A DNA stretch of 64,000 nt, from positions 1,054,001 to 1,118,000 of the forward strand of contig JBLDXI010000025.1 of NCBI GenBank assembly GCA_047495785.1, written 5' to 3'. This DNA is from Lepidodermella squamata (taxonomy: Eukaryota; Animalia; Gastrotricha). The position numbers were made by a program, and so were the translations under genes. Positions 21,323-34,609 of the stretch are shown piece after piece. Below the pieces are notes generated by a model. The model made no database searches. It was not told the origin of the DNA and saw nothing but the letters and a program-made list of their open reading frames with translations. How positions within the stretch are numbered: position 1 is the stretch's first letter; each line of letters starts with the position of its first letter.

Positions 21323-23510
21323 GTCTCACGATTAGTACCAGACCGGTGACCTGACCCAACAGGTGACTGGTGACCGGCGGGTCGACTTGACCCGTTGCCG
21401 CTGAGTCAGGTAATACGCAGGTAAAGAAGGCGGTAAAACATCTTCACCACCAAAGCGCCGCTAGCGATATCCGTTGCTCTTGGTACCGTAAAAATGAGCG
21501 AATTCAGCCAGTGGGATGATATTGACAAGTTTTTGCATGTTGCGCCAAGTTGCGCGCCGTGTGAAAACTTTCGAAAAACTTTCGAAAAACTTCAACGAAA
21601 TCGACAACAATCGGCAAAATTGACCAAAGCTGTTTACACAGCCCGGTGTCCTGAGGTAGCGAGTCACGTCAACAGCGCAATACAGAGGGCTAGGGCGGCG
21701 AAGAGGGGCGGAACTCTTGAGACGCGGATTAGGGATTAGCGGATTAACACCGCTTTTGAGAGCGAGCGCCTTGCAGACCTGCAATAAGGGCAATAAAAAT
21801 GTGACAACTGCGCACGGAGAGGGTTCATTCGAACGCGGTTTTTCAAGAAATTGACTGCTACATGTTGTAATGGGTCGGCGGGGGAATAGCGTCCAGCGTT
21901 TGGAAAGAGCTGAGTAACACGGGTCGTAAAATGGCTCGGCTCAGTCTCAGTGGTTATCGAACCACCCCGATTAGGTGCTAGGAGCTAGCAATGGGCGGTT
22001 GTTTCGGTGTTACTATAGCCACCCTCGTGCGCAGTCCGGTATAAACTCATTTCGAGTCCCATAGGTACGCAGCCGCCGAACACCCAGTTCATGCGCACCG
22101 ATAGCGAACATCCCTTTTACGGCATATCTGGCCGACATTGCGCGAAAAAGTTAGCCCATTATAGAGCTTTAATACCAGTCGCTAGGTGCTAGCGGTTTGC
22201 TATCAGCCGCGTTTAGCTAACGTGACGAAGTGGTTCTGTGGTCAGTGGATGATTTTTGCAAAAAAAACCAGCCGCCAAGTTATTCTGATTAATGGATTTA
22301 ATTCCGCGGATTCATCGCTACTTTCCGCGTCTATTTTTAAATTTTTCCGCGGCGCGAATAGTGGTTTCCGCGTCAAAAGTCTTAACACCGCACCTTTGCA
22401 CACTATTAAGCAGAAAGGTAAACAATCGCGCGCACTCGCGCATTATTCCGCAGCGCACCACCGCGGCGATTTTAAGAATTCCGCGGGCGCAACACACAGA
22501 GCCTTAAAAGTGTCCAAATTTAGAGGCTAAATTCAAAGTCACCTGTATCAAAATTGGCTTGTCCTTCTGCCGAGATTTTTTTTTACAGAATTTAGTTTAG
22601 GTAAATCCCTATGCGTAAAAAATTCAGCCCTAACCGTTCACAGGTGAGCATTTGGCAGGGGGGGGGGTCTCAAAACACCTTTCTGAGTGATCGAGCTTCG
22701 GCGATTTTTCGCAAATCGATAGTACATGAAAGTATTGGCAAATTTGGTACCGTTGAAAAGCCCATGAAGGGAGCTATTTTTCAGTGAAATTTTTTGAATT
22801 ATTATCAGCTATGCACAATTGATATTTGGGTCTAAAGCTCAAAGTGTCCAAATTTAGGGCGCGTTACGGTACAGCTTGAATTACACTTCTCATCCATGTT
22901 TCGTTATTATCGTGAAGCCATGACTACAGAACGCCGCAAAGATATCGCGATTTCACAATGAGGCGCAATTGATTTTGTTGAAGAGATTTTCCGATTTTTA
23001 TTAATACTATTATTATTAATTTTACCGTAATTGAATCATGGGTGGCTATTGCTCGTCCATCTCGATTAAAAGCCCAGTTCTCACCCTTTTTTAAACATTG
23101 ATAATCTAGAAGCCTGGGCTAGTATTTCAACATTTAAGGTAAACAGTAGGCCGTACGGTAGACGATTTCAACACTCAGCTTGCCGAGACGAATTTATCGC
23201 TATCAAACCTAGGGTATTAGCGTGATTAGATGATGTGACCGAGTAGATTAGGGCACCTGGTTCACTAATTCCGGCCAGGAGTCTATGCATTCGATAGCAT
23301 TCGATAGCCCGAGAACTCCTCTATAATTCTGTATATTTGCTGAATATTTTCAAAAGAATTCACCTGGCTGGCAAAGTAGGAAAAACCGAAAGAGTGGCCG
23401 AATTCAGGGCGGGGTGCACTACACAAACCGCCTGTTTCGTGTTATGCGGTTGACGCGAAAAACTCGAATTCAGCTGCCAAATAGACTTGAGTCTATCGTC
23501 TTCGCATATC

Positions 23511-23573
23511 GGCCTACCATTTATTACGCCTGACACGTCATTTCCCAAAAATCAAAATCGAAGCTTGAGCCTT
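23511..23573 (+). pseudogene. Remnant of the 3' end of the P450 gene
   Basis: GGCCTACCATTTATTACGCCTGACACGTCATTTCCCAAAAATCAAAATCGAAGC encodes GLPFITPDTSFPK(+1)IKIEA, matching the P450 end GLPFITPYMSFPKIKIQA (8568-8630); homology continues into the 3' flank. Confidence 0.8.
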
Positions 23574-23722
23574 ATTCTAAAATTCCATTAATTTCCATTA
23601 ATAAGCTCTTATTCCTAAATATTCTTAAAAGGAAATGAATCAGCAAAGTCTCAAACACTGCAATAATGTCCTGATTTGATAGTAGTGGAATTTCTCAGTT
23701 GGTAGCATTTTATGGAAATGTT

Positions 23723-26198
23723 TCACTGGGCTGCCCAGAGATCGCAGCGTTTCCATCCTTCTGGGTTCATCTTTGAACCAACTGGGCAGCTGTAAGCCGC
23801 AGCGAACGGCTCGAAATTCTTCATGCCTTCAGTGACTCTGTAAGCAGGTAGGTTATTAATTGATCAGAGTTTCAGTAGGGAAACTCACCGCCAAGGAGGG
23901 TAGGCATGCTCATCCTTCATCAGTATAACCTTCCCTGATTCAGTAGATGCTTGACAGTAATATTGTGCATTGCTCACGAAAAAGATCTGGTCGTTGTTCA
24001 GCGGAACGCCTGGAACTTCAAACCTTTTGAGTCCATCATCGCCAATAGCCTTCTTGAAGGCTGCATAGGCGAACTTCAGGCCGGCGTTGTCAGCAGCATT
24101 TTCATCCAGAGTGGCCTCTCCGTACTTGGGCGATTCCGGACGCAGTGCTTGGAATTGATCTATGAGGCACTTCAGCTGTTCCTTGAACTTAGCACGCGCC
24201 GCCCCTTCCAAAATTGGCTTCACCTCACCGTGGGCATTGAAGTTGATTCCGTCGCCATCGAAGCCATGGATGATTTCTGTTTTAAATAAATTCAAGCTAA
24301 TGAATATTTGAAAGAATGAATCGAACCATGTCCAATAGTTTGGCCTGGGAATCCCCAATTCCAAGCACTAGGAAGGTCGAATCGGAAAGCAGGTGCAACG
24401 AAGGCACCAGCGAGTAGGCCGAATGTATTTAGGGTCCGCTTGTATTTCGCATTTTGAAGCACAACCTGATCTCCTTGCCAGCTGAAAGAAAAGTGAACTT
24501 TTATCAGAGCTTTTTAACATAAAAATATAATTACAATTCATCGAGCCGATCAACGGGGCCATTAAGTCGTCTCAAAGTGCGAAGGTTCAGGAAGTCACTG
24601 AGAGCCTTGAGATTGTGCACAAAATCTGGTCCCGGGACTGTAAGAGCATCGTACTTCTTATCGTAAGCCTGGCTCATCAAATTTGGCGGGAAGCCTATCG
24701 AAAATTTAATTTGCTCGATCTTTAGCTTGACGGCGGCCTTTGACTTGTCGTCCAACCACGTCACCTTATCTAAACCGTCGCGAATTTCTGCCAAAACTAG
24801 ATTAGTCATGTTCGATAGGTAGTCGACGTTTTCTTTCGAGAAGTATCGTTTCAAGAAGCGACGGGCGATGAAGTGATCGCCGAGTTGCTGCTGGATCAAA
24901 TTATCGCACGATGGTTCGGAAGTTTTAAGTTTCTTGCAGTACGCTTCATCATCAAGACGTTCAGAATCAACGGTGGACCGCGCGACGGCCTGAAGCTGGT
25001 ACAGCGGTTCAGATATATCGCAGGCAATTTCATCGTTGAATGATTGGATTGCTGTTAGAACAGCATAGTTTTGAAACACACGTTTGCTTCGGTCGGCGCC
25101 GAGTTTAGTCTTCGTCTGGGCGATGAGCAGAGATAGCTTCTCGAAGTAGGTCTTGCTGCGGAACGAAATTCGTAGATCTTTCGAGCCGAGGGATGGGACG
25201 TCCGCCATGCCTCCCAACGCACGAAAGAATTCTTCCCAGTCGATTTCCGGGCTAACTTTCTGCAATTCTTCCAAGCGCTCATCAAATCTGTCCTCGTTAT
25301 TTTCGATAAAGTTAGCATTTTCCACGTCGTTGTTACTCTTAACACCTGATTGTGCCATATTGGGTGATATCTGCAGAATAAGCATTTAGAATGAGTCTTT
25401 CAAGGTAGATCTACTTACCAAGGCTAGCTCTAACTCAAACTCAACCAAATCCTTGAAGTAGGTGTCAGAAACTGAGTAACGGTCCTTTCTAGGTATGATC
25501 ATCTTGAACAGCTTAGTAATCTCGGTGACGTACATTTCTTTGACATCGCTGATTGTTTCGTTATCTTCGTCACTATCAATCAAAGCTCGAGCTTTGGTTT
25601 GATCACCGAAAAATGGCGTCGTTCTCGGGCCGAGGAATATCTGATACTCGGAAGCATTCGACGGATTTACATCGATGTCAACAGAGAAGAAAGCAGTTTT
25701 TTGGAGGATAAGTGTCGCCGGAAGGACTTGTTCTAACCGCGCTTTGACTTCATCCTCGCTAACGTACAGCCCACCGACATCTCGAGCAAGATTGCGAAGA
25801 AACGCGACAGAAGATTCGAAGTCATCGAAGCGATTCAAAGCGTCAGTCTTGCAAGACTGCAATAGCTGAACGAACTTTTTCTCAGCCGAGGTTAAGCTTG
25901 ATGCATTTTCGCTGTTGAAGTCCAATAAAGCCTTCTTAGCCATATCATCGAAAGTGTCATCCATCGCTGTCTGATAAATACGGCCGCTTTTAACGACCGC
26001 ATTATCAGCATATCCACCACAGGCGAACTGATAGAAGTCTTCACATGGGTCCGCAGTCAGGTCCATATTACTTAGAATGAAATCAGCTGCCTTGACGCAT
26101 CCCGCAGTTGTGCAAGATCCAACGCCAACAGATGGATCAATCGGCTTGGCTGAAATACAGCTCAGTAAAGCAGTAACAGCTAGTGTTGAGAAAATCAT
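23723..26198 (-). CDS. Secreted M13 peptidase, copy 2 (recent duplicate of copy 1)
   Basis: Same exon layout and long identical stretches versus copy 1; IGH|EIIHGFD; ENAADNAG; RCDLWAAQ*. Confidence 0.92.
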
Positions 26199-26902
26199 CG
26201 TCTTCAGCAACAAAATTTTCGCCTCTCAAGATGGTTTATATAAGCCGGGTTGCTAAATATAAATGCATGAGGTGTGAACAAAATCGGGTGATCTTTTCAT
26301 CAACCTTTCTTTGAGTTACACCGTCACCCACCTTCTCGCATTGTTCCAAGCTTAAAATTGGGTCAATTTGCTGTTAAGAGCCTGAAATAATGTACCTGTG
26401 GGTGGTTTTTTGTCAAGGTGTTGATTGGAGCTCTCACACCATACCATAACACACCATAAAGTTCTTTTGAAACTTTCAATTCTTTCTTTCAATTCTCCAC
26501 CTACGAACTTTTAATTATATGTCTCAAAATTCAAAACAATTGATGTCTGTGTGAAAATCTAACAAAAAATAAATGCACATGTGCTTATCACACGTCCATG
26601 ATTAGTTCGTGACAACTTAGTGATTACAACAGCTGCACATTAAAAAAACCAGGTTAACAGCAGAAAAAAAGCACCAATCATATACAGTGAGCGAGCGCTG
26701 AGGTTCTATCGCAGCATGGCAGATAATTCGATCGGTTTGTGGCGATAGGAATGAACTTTTCAGCAAATATAAGTTTTAATGTACTGGGGCTATCAAAATA
26801 TATCTTCAGAAGTTGTTGATCGATCATAACTTCATCATTTACCTGAAAGGAGTATTTTCGAAAGAATTAAAAGAAAGTTCATCAGTAAAGTTAGTAAAAT
26901 TT

Positions 26903-29375
26903 TCAAGATTTCCCCCAGACATCGCACTTTTTGACAGGATTCATCGGCGAACCGATGGGGCAGTTGAATGCCTTGGCAAACTCCTCGGAATTCTTCATCT
27001 GCCCGTTCACCCTTTAAAAAAAGTAATTCAACGACATTGAAATATAAATGCAAATCATGTTAGACCTCTCAGGGTAAAGTGCATGGGTATCATTCAGAGA
27101 CCGCTCGACGCCAGACGAGTCGCTGATTTCACAATAAGACTGGGCGACACTCACGAAAAACATCTGGTTGTTGTTTAGCGGAATTCCGGGTGTTTCATAC
27201 TTCGCCAAAACATCGCTAAACACTTTCTTGAACGTCCAATGCGCAATTTTTAGCCCAGCGTTATCAGCAATATTTTCGTCAAGAACTTGCTCGCCGTATC
27301 CTTCAATTTCGGGATGCAGGGCCTGAAATTGTTCCACCAAGCATTGGGTTCGATTTTTGAAGATCTCAAGCGTGGCGTTAGTCATGATCGTATTTGTCTC
27401 TCCGTTTTCATCGTACAAGATGCCACCTGTATCAAAGCCATGAAATAGCTCATGACCTACTGTGTCACTGGCTGCACCCCAGTTCCAGGCATTTGGGAAG
27501 TCATCGCGGAATAACGGTGATATGAAATAGGCAGCATGGAGTCCCATAACGTTGCAATCTCGTTTGTACATCGCATTTTGATCCATCACTTTCGTATCAG
27601 TAGTCCAACTGCAAAATTCAATAAATTAATAATGACGATGACGAAGGCGTTTGCTGAACTTACTAGCAATCCTTGATTCGGTCGACTGGTCGATCCAACT
27701 TGGCAAGGTTCCGCTTCAGCTGATACTGGCGTTGTGGATTCAGCGTAGAAAAATAGTTTAATGACAGTGGGATTCCTTCAAATCTGTTATCATAATCCTC
27801 GTCGAAAAGGTCCGGCGGATATCCAATCGTGAACAACGCATTGGCAGCTTTCTTCTGAGCTGCAGCCCTAGTTTCATTATCCAACCAATCTACAGTAGCT
27901 AGAATTTCATTGAAACCCTCCAGGACAATCTGCGACATGTTCACAAGAACAGCTTTCGATGCCTCGGAGAAGTAGTCGCGAATGAAAGACCTGGATACAA
28001 CGTGATCGCCATAAGTGCTGATGAATTGTTCGCGGCAAGAATTTTCAGCATCGGCTTTCTTCAAATTATCGCAGATAACTTCATCCGACGGAATTTCCTC
28101 CTCGTTATTGGCGTACTTTTGAATATTGATGAATGGCATTGATATTTCACACGAAACTTGATCGAAATACTGCCCAACAGCATTTAGCGTGATGTAGTTT
28201 TGAAGCAATCGCTGAGTACGGGCCTTTCCCAGATTTTCATAGGTTGCGTTGAGAAGTTTCGAAAGTTTAACGAAGTATGACACGCCACGAATGTTCAAGT
28301 CCATGTCCTTTCTTTCCAAGCCTTTATAGTTGAGTTTACTACCGATCTGCTTGAATACGGCCCTCCAGTCAATCCCTGGAGACAGATCTTGGAGATACTT
28401 GAGTGGTTGGTTGTATTTGTTATCATCGGTCTCAGTGTCATCGGCTGGGCTTACATCGGCTTTTGAATCTTCTGGCATGCTGTATGTAATCTAATTAATA
28501 GATGGTCAATCTTTGTTTTGGTTTCCAATGGAAACTTACCAAAGCTAACTCAATTTCAAAGTTCATGAGATCTTTCACGTATATTTCACTGACTGTCGAG
28601 TTAGGTTTACCCGACACTTTTTGGACCAAACTAGTGATGGCTGATACGTATTGCTCTAGAACCCAATTCAGCGTTGTGTTATCTGGCTCTCGGTTTAGCA
28701 AGCTCGTCATCTTCTCGTAGTCTTGGAATAGTGGAGTTGGGGCTGCGTAAAGATTCAGTTGATATCGTGATCTGTTCCGCGTATCTGGCTCGATTAACAG
28801 GTAGACAAATGGTGTACCGTTGTCAATAGCGTTGCGGCCAATTGCACTTTCCAAGGTCCACGATTTTCCAACAGTTTGATCCGCGAAGTAGAAACCCCCA
28901 GCGCTGGTCGCCACGCTGCGGAGAAACACAAGTGAACGCGGCGTATCTTCATATCGAGTCTCTCGGCCTTCGTTACAAAACTGGAGGAATGCAAATATAT
29001 GTGTTTAAACATTGCGTAAAATCAATTTCTTACGCCGTATAATATTCGGAGTCGATTTAGTTTTTGGCTGCTACCTTTGACGAAATCTTCCCAGCTTCTT
29101 TCAACCATTTCAAGAAACATCTTCCGCGTCGGCTGAAGGCTGGAGTCCTCCCCGAGATACCCGTACTTGACATACTTACCACATGTAAACTGGTAAAAGT
29201 CTTCGCAAGGGTCCGCTGTGAGGTTGAGTTGGCTCAACACGAAAGAAGCCGCATCTACGCATCCGGCTGTGGTACAAGATCCAACCCCAACGCTTGGATC
29301 GATTGGCTTTGCCTCGGCAAGTATCGGCAGAACTAGTAAAAGTTTAATTGAAATTGCTACCATTTTAGTGAGCAT
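26903..29375 (-). CDS. Secreted M13 peptidase, copy 3
   Basis: [26 protein letters not shown], uninterrupted [34 protein letters not shown]. Confidence 0.9.
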
Positions 29376-29639
29376 GCACCCGGTAAATTTGAAATTCTGC
29401 CTCTATGGCTATGCTTATTTGTAGCAGCCATATATCTGGGCGATCTTTTGTTAACTGGAGAATACTTCATGCCACTTCATTTATCGAGCAAAAAAGCACG
29501 CGTGAATTTTCATCTGGATCGAGTTATGGCTTACGGCTGTCATGATTTTGGCATTTTAATTGAAATTAGACTCTTTAAAATGCAGTTTTTTTATCACCAT
29601 GTTTTTTCAAGTGGTCGCTATTGTTACTATTGCGCTTAG

Positions 29640-29976
29640 GTGGTTGGTCGATTGGCTTCGCCTCAGCAATTATTGGTAAAAGCAGCAGTGGAATTATGAC
29701 AGAAATTGCCACCATTTTTTGTAAGCGTTCACCCGTTATATTTGAAATTTTGCTCACTTGGGCAAGCTTTGTGACATTATTCGGGTGATCTTTTGTTAAC
29801 TGGAGAATGCTTCATGCCACTTCATTCAGCGTGTAAAAAAGCACGCTCGATTATTCAATTGGACCTAGCTAAAGCTGTTGTGATTTTGAGATTTTAATTG
29901 AAATTGCACTTCTTAAAATGCAGTTTTTTTATGGCCAGGTTTTTCTCCAAGTGGCCTCTATTGTTCACTATTGCGC
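29640..29976 (-). pseudogene. Orphan duplicate of the copy-3 upstream region plus signal-peptide segment
   Basis: Encodes MVAISVIIPLLLLPIIAEAKPID and then breaks off; 29786-29976 duplicates 29441-29635. Confidence 0.75.
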
Positions 29977-30434
29977 ATTCGTATGAAGATTTCGGCTAGA
30001 TGTAGCCTATAGCGGGCGTGTTCAACATGAAACACGTCTGTTTGTGTGATTTTTTAAAGAATATGCTGCATTTTTAATGTTAAGAGGAAAATCTAATCAA
30101 TGCTGTAATTCGGCAGCAGCATCTATTGAGATCAGTGATCAACATTTTGATTGCAAGCAGAACAGATTTTCTTATCTGAAGCATCTGACCAGAACACAGT
30201 AAATCACTCCATGATTGCACGAATAAAGCATCAGCTAATAAGAATTATTCTTGAATAAGCAAAAATCAAAATGGCCCCGAGACTCGCCATTCGCGTTGCT
30301 GACAATACTGTTACAAGTCGGGAGTAACTGCAACTTCGAAATTACACGCGATTTCTTGTTTGCTGAGTCGTTTATTCAAATTCTCTCTTAGAATCCGGGG
30401 TTTCTATTCAACATCTGTCAATTTTTTCAAAACT

Positions 30435-31889
30435 TTAGGTTTCGAGCATCTGCAATCGGTCCAAAGTCCCAAGGGCGATTTGCTGCCGCATGCGCAGGAT
30501 GATAATACTTTAAATCGGAATAAATAAAAGATATCAAGTTAAACGAATAGATCTTACATGGTAATCGCGAGCCCAATGCCCAAGAGGCCGACTAAGGTTC
30601 CTAGAGTCGCAATAATGGCAACAGAATCGTCCCCATCTTTTGGAGCTTCTGTCGTAATTGTGGTCGATGATGGTGACTCGGTTGGCGATTCTGTTGGAGT
30701 AGTATCTCCCTCTGTAGAGGTTGATGGAGTGATTGGAGTAGTAGTTCCCTCTGTAGAGGTTGATGGAGTGATTGGAGTAGTAGTTCCCTCTGTAGAGGTG
30801 GATGGAGTGATTGGAGTAGTAGTTCCCTCTGTAGAGGTTGATGGAGTGATTGGAGTAGTAGTTCCCTCTGCTGAGGTTGATGGAGTGATTGGAGTTGTAA
30901 CTCCCTCTGTTGATTGCGTAGGCTCTACCGTGGTTAGCGTTGTCGGAGAATCTGTTGTAACTGGTACTTCATCGCAAGATGATCCATTCGCAATAATGGA
31001 ATCCATGTTCACCCCATTACACATGCTGCCGCAGCATGTACAGGCCTTGTCGAAAGACCTAATCATACCAGATGTCGTATCACTTGTTGCACTCGAGCCA
31101 CATCCTCCAACACCCTGCGGCAACGTTAGACAGCCCCAATAGTAATAGGGGACTAAATCATTGATCAAAGAACTGTATTTCTATGGAGAAATGAGGCAAA
31201 TGTTTGAGTAAGCTGTTATATATTGAAGCATTTACCGCACAGTGCTGATTCATGGTGCACGAAATCGCTAGATTTCTAGATGGCAACGTGTTACTTTGCG
31301 GGTTGTTCTTGGTTAGAAATATTTTTTAGGAGCATTGAATAGGATAGTTCTCTTACCCAATCATCGGAACCATGGCAGTTTTTATCGAACAAGGGATAGC
31401 TGTTGCACTGATCGTCCAATCTTGCGTCGTTGCAGCCATCCCCACAGCATGTACAAACCCTTCTATACCTGTAAACATCATCTCCGTTGGTATAAACCGA
31501 GCTTTGAGTTTCTAGACCGTCCTCTGCGACGTCGCCGCATTTGTATCCGAAAGCGGCCCCGAAGACTGATTCACCGGATAAGCATCGCCATTGGTAGAAT
31601 ATCGACTCTGTTTTATAGCCATTGCCGTCAATTCTAATCTCAAGATTGTAGACTTTCTGGATATTTAAGAAAGACAAACGCTTTTTATAGAAATGAGTTA
31701 GGGAAAGCTTCTCACAGCGCATGAAGACCAGCAATCTTTCAATGTGTTGTTGTCAGGCAGTATCCCTTCTTGGGTGACATTAGCCGCAACTGTTTGGTCA
31801 AAGTTGTAGCATAAAAGAGCCGATATCGGAGAAATCAAAGCAATTATAATCAGAAATATAGTAGTCAGTATAAGCTCAAGAGGCATCAT
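30435..31889 (-). CDS. Type I membrane protein with two Ly6/uPAR (three-finger)-like domains and a mucin stalk, 5 exons
   Basis: Signal peptide then LLCY; two CTCCGxxCN motifs (CTCCGDGCN, CTCCGSMCN); TPITPSTSTEGTT repeats; TM VAIIATLGTLVGLLGIGLAITIIII; short tail ending LQMLET*. GT-AG introns restore the frame. Confidence 0.8.
30695..30910 (-). repeat. 39-bp coding tandem repeat (~5.5 copies)
   Basis: Unit GGAGTAGTAGTTCCCTCTGTAGAGGTTGATGGAGTGATT, encoding a 13-aa Thr/Ser/Pro repeat. Confidence 0.95.
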
Positions 31890-32067
31890 TTTCGTCCATT
31901 AAACCTTTTTAATACTATTGAGTAGATGGTTATCTGCCTTGCTGTTAATGTAAAAATGAGATAAGAATTTTGTGAATCATTAGAAATTCATGATAAAGGC
32001 GGAGTGATTTCTATTTCAGTTTTCAGTGGTTCGTTATCTAATAGTTTGAAGTTTCATGCAGTTTCCA

Positions 32068-34609
32068 TTACCAAACATCGCATCGACTGCTGTAGGCTGG
32101 GTTCAATTTAGATCCAACGCGGCACTTGAATGCTTTCGCAAAGTACGGTGAATTGACCATCATATTATTAATCCTGAATTAAAGGTTCAAGTTATCTTGC
32201 TGGTCAAATTGGAAGTCTAGTTCTACCTCTCCGGCGGAAAGGCATGGACATCGCTGAGTAGCGCTGCTTTTTGCTGCTCTGAGTAGGCCAAGCATGATTG
32301 TTGGGTGAATCCAACAAAGAACAGCTGCTCGTTATTCAAAGGAACTCCAGGCTCTTCAAGTTCCGACAGACGCTCCTCGCCCAAAGCCTTGCTGAACGCC
32401 TGAAAATGACCAAGAACCCTAGGAAATGTTCATTTATTTCAAAGCAAGAAGCCAACCTTGTAGGCGACTTTGAGGCCGCTATTATCCGCAATATTCTCGC
32501 CAAGTGTTAGACTTCCGTAATCAGGAAAGTCAGGGCGAGCTCTGTTGAATTGTTCCACCAGACAGGCCGTTCTTTTATTGAAAGTTTCCAGGACATCAGG
32601 AGTTAACACTGGCTTCAATTCTCCAACGCCGTTAAATTTTACCCCAGCATTATCCAGAGAATGGAAAATTTCTAAATGGAAGAAAGGTAGTAGGGGATTA
32701 TAACGAGATATCTTTCATACCGTGGGCAATAATTACAGCAGCCGAGCCCCAATTGTGGGCTGCAGGCATGTCCCATCGAAAAGCAGGCGAAGTCACAATT
32801 CCCGCCAGAATTGCAAAAGCGTTACACAAGGGATTGTACAGGGCATTAGCTTCCATTACAGAAGGCGTCATCCAGCTGCAAGGAACAAAAATACTAAAAA
32901 TCGAAATAGAAAAGGTTCTTACAAGATGTTTAGACGATCGACCGGTTGATCGAGTAACCGCAGTGAGTACTGGAGGTTGTAATCCTTGATAGCTTTGACG
33001 TTACGGAGATGGCTCCTCCCGTTAAGACGCAACTCTTCAAATTTCCGATCATACGCCTCTGATAGCAAATCTTGAGGGAATCCGTAAGAAAACAGCATTC
33101 TATCGAATTTATCTGCAACACTAGCCCTCGAGGTTTCGTCGAGCCATGCAATTTCTGAAACCATCTGCTGCGCGGTTTGATGAATCAAGTCGGTCATGTT
33201 TCTCAGGTAGTCAACATTTTCCTTAGGAAAGAATCGTTTGACGAACCTCCTCGCTACCAGGTGATCACCGAATGTCTCCCTAGCCTTGGCGGCACAGCTT
33301 GTCTCAGAGGAATTTCTGAAAGCCTCCGCTCGTCTTTGTTGGCATTTTGAAACATCTCTGTCGTTTCGATAGATTCTCAAAGCTCGCCTTTGCAGCTCTC
33401 TTATCGGCTCAGAGTAAGTGCAGGAGATTGCGTCCCAATATGGAACAATGTTTGACCATGTGAAGTAGTTTTGCAACAAGCGTTTCGTCCTACTCTCGCC
33501 GAAGGTTTCCACAGTTTTAGCTAGCAAATTAGACAGGTCTTTCAAATAGGAAGCTTGTCTGACTGTAACTTGAAGACTCAAAGTGTCAATTAGTGATTTA
33601 ACACCAAGCCGTCTTCCTAAGGCAAGGAAGTAATTTTCCCAATCGATGTAGTGACTTATGGATGATAGATCGCCATAGTCCAAATTGAACTTGTCGTCTT
33701 CGTTATCAAATACATTTGGGATAGCAGCTTCATCATTAAGACCGATTTTAGGCGGCTTGATTGGAACAATCTGAAACGAGATGCTCGGCTGATAAAGAAA
33801 TTTTCAAGATAATGGTAATATACCTTGACTAGCTCCAATTCAAATTCGATCATGTCCATAATGAGGCGAAGATTGTTTTGAGATCTCGATTTTTTAGGCG
33901 CCAGGTCTCTTGTTAGGCTTTCTAATACTTCGACGTAAACACGTTTAGTCTCCTCAAATCGGGTGTTATCGGTTCCCGATCCTAATAGATTCCCCAGAGC
34001 ACTTTTGTCGACGAAGACTGGGGTCGTAGTGCGGCCAATAGCGAGTTGGTATTCTGAAGAGTCTCTTGAGTTGATCTCCACCGTAAGGTCGAACAGAGGG
34101 CTAGAAAATATCCCAGATTCGGTATTGGCAGTATTTCTAGCTAGAGCTTCTTCCATAGTCCAATTTCTACTCAGAGGGGTATCAGTGAAGTGAAAGCCTC
34201 CAAATGACTCAGCCAGTTCGTTCAGAAACACAATTGTCGCTTCGTCATCTTCAGCTATGTCTTTATCATTTTTACAGGCCTGTAAGTACTGCTTCAGCTT
34301 TTGCTCTGCAGTTGTCCCTTGAATGTCATTGTCAAAATCGTCCTGAGCCCGTTCGACCATGTTTTTGAGGACCCCTGTCATTGGCTTCACAGCGCCATCT
34401 TTTACGTTGGCATTATTCTTGAAACTTCCACAACTGAATTCGTAGAAATCTTCGCATGGATCAACACTCAGGTCGATAAGTTCGATAACTCGGCTAGCAG
34501 CCAATGCACAGCCGGGGGATAAACAGGCTCCATAGCCTGTTATTCCAGGGTCGATTGGGTTGCTCAAAGTCGGTTCAAGAAAAAGTAGCAGTATAACAGC
34601 AACAATCAT
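32068..34609 (-). CDS. Secreted M13 peptidase, copy 4
   Basis: SNPIDP, DPCEDFYEFSCG, EANALY, IIAH|EIFHSLD, LGENIADNSG, HAFPPER, RCDVW*. Confidence 0.88.

Larger units (their letters stand above)
19995..22871. mobile_element. Degenerate TA-bounded DNA transposon shell (Tc1/mariner/pogo-like) with nested inserts
   Basis: CCTCTAAATTTGGACACT (20007-20024; second copy 20030-20043) is inverted relative to AGTGTCCAAATTTAGAGG (22509-22526) and AGTGTCCAAATTTAGGGCGCGTTACGG-TA (22843-22871). Confidence 0.5.

Noticed and set aside
30695-30910. CRISPR-like array
   Set aside because: Contiguous 39-bp tandem units with no unique spacers, in frame within a eukaryotic mucin-like exon.
30558-31142. 194-aa plus-strand ORF and similar antisense ORFs over M13, piggyBac and GH9 exons
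   Set aside because: Shadow frames opposite well-supported genes or low-complexity repeats.
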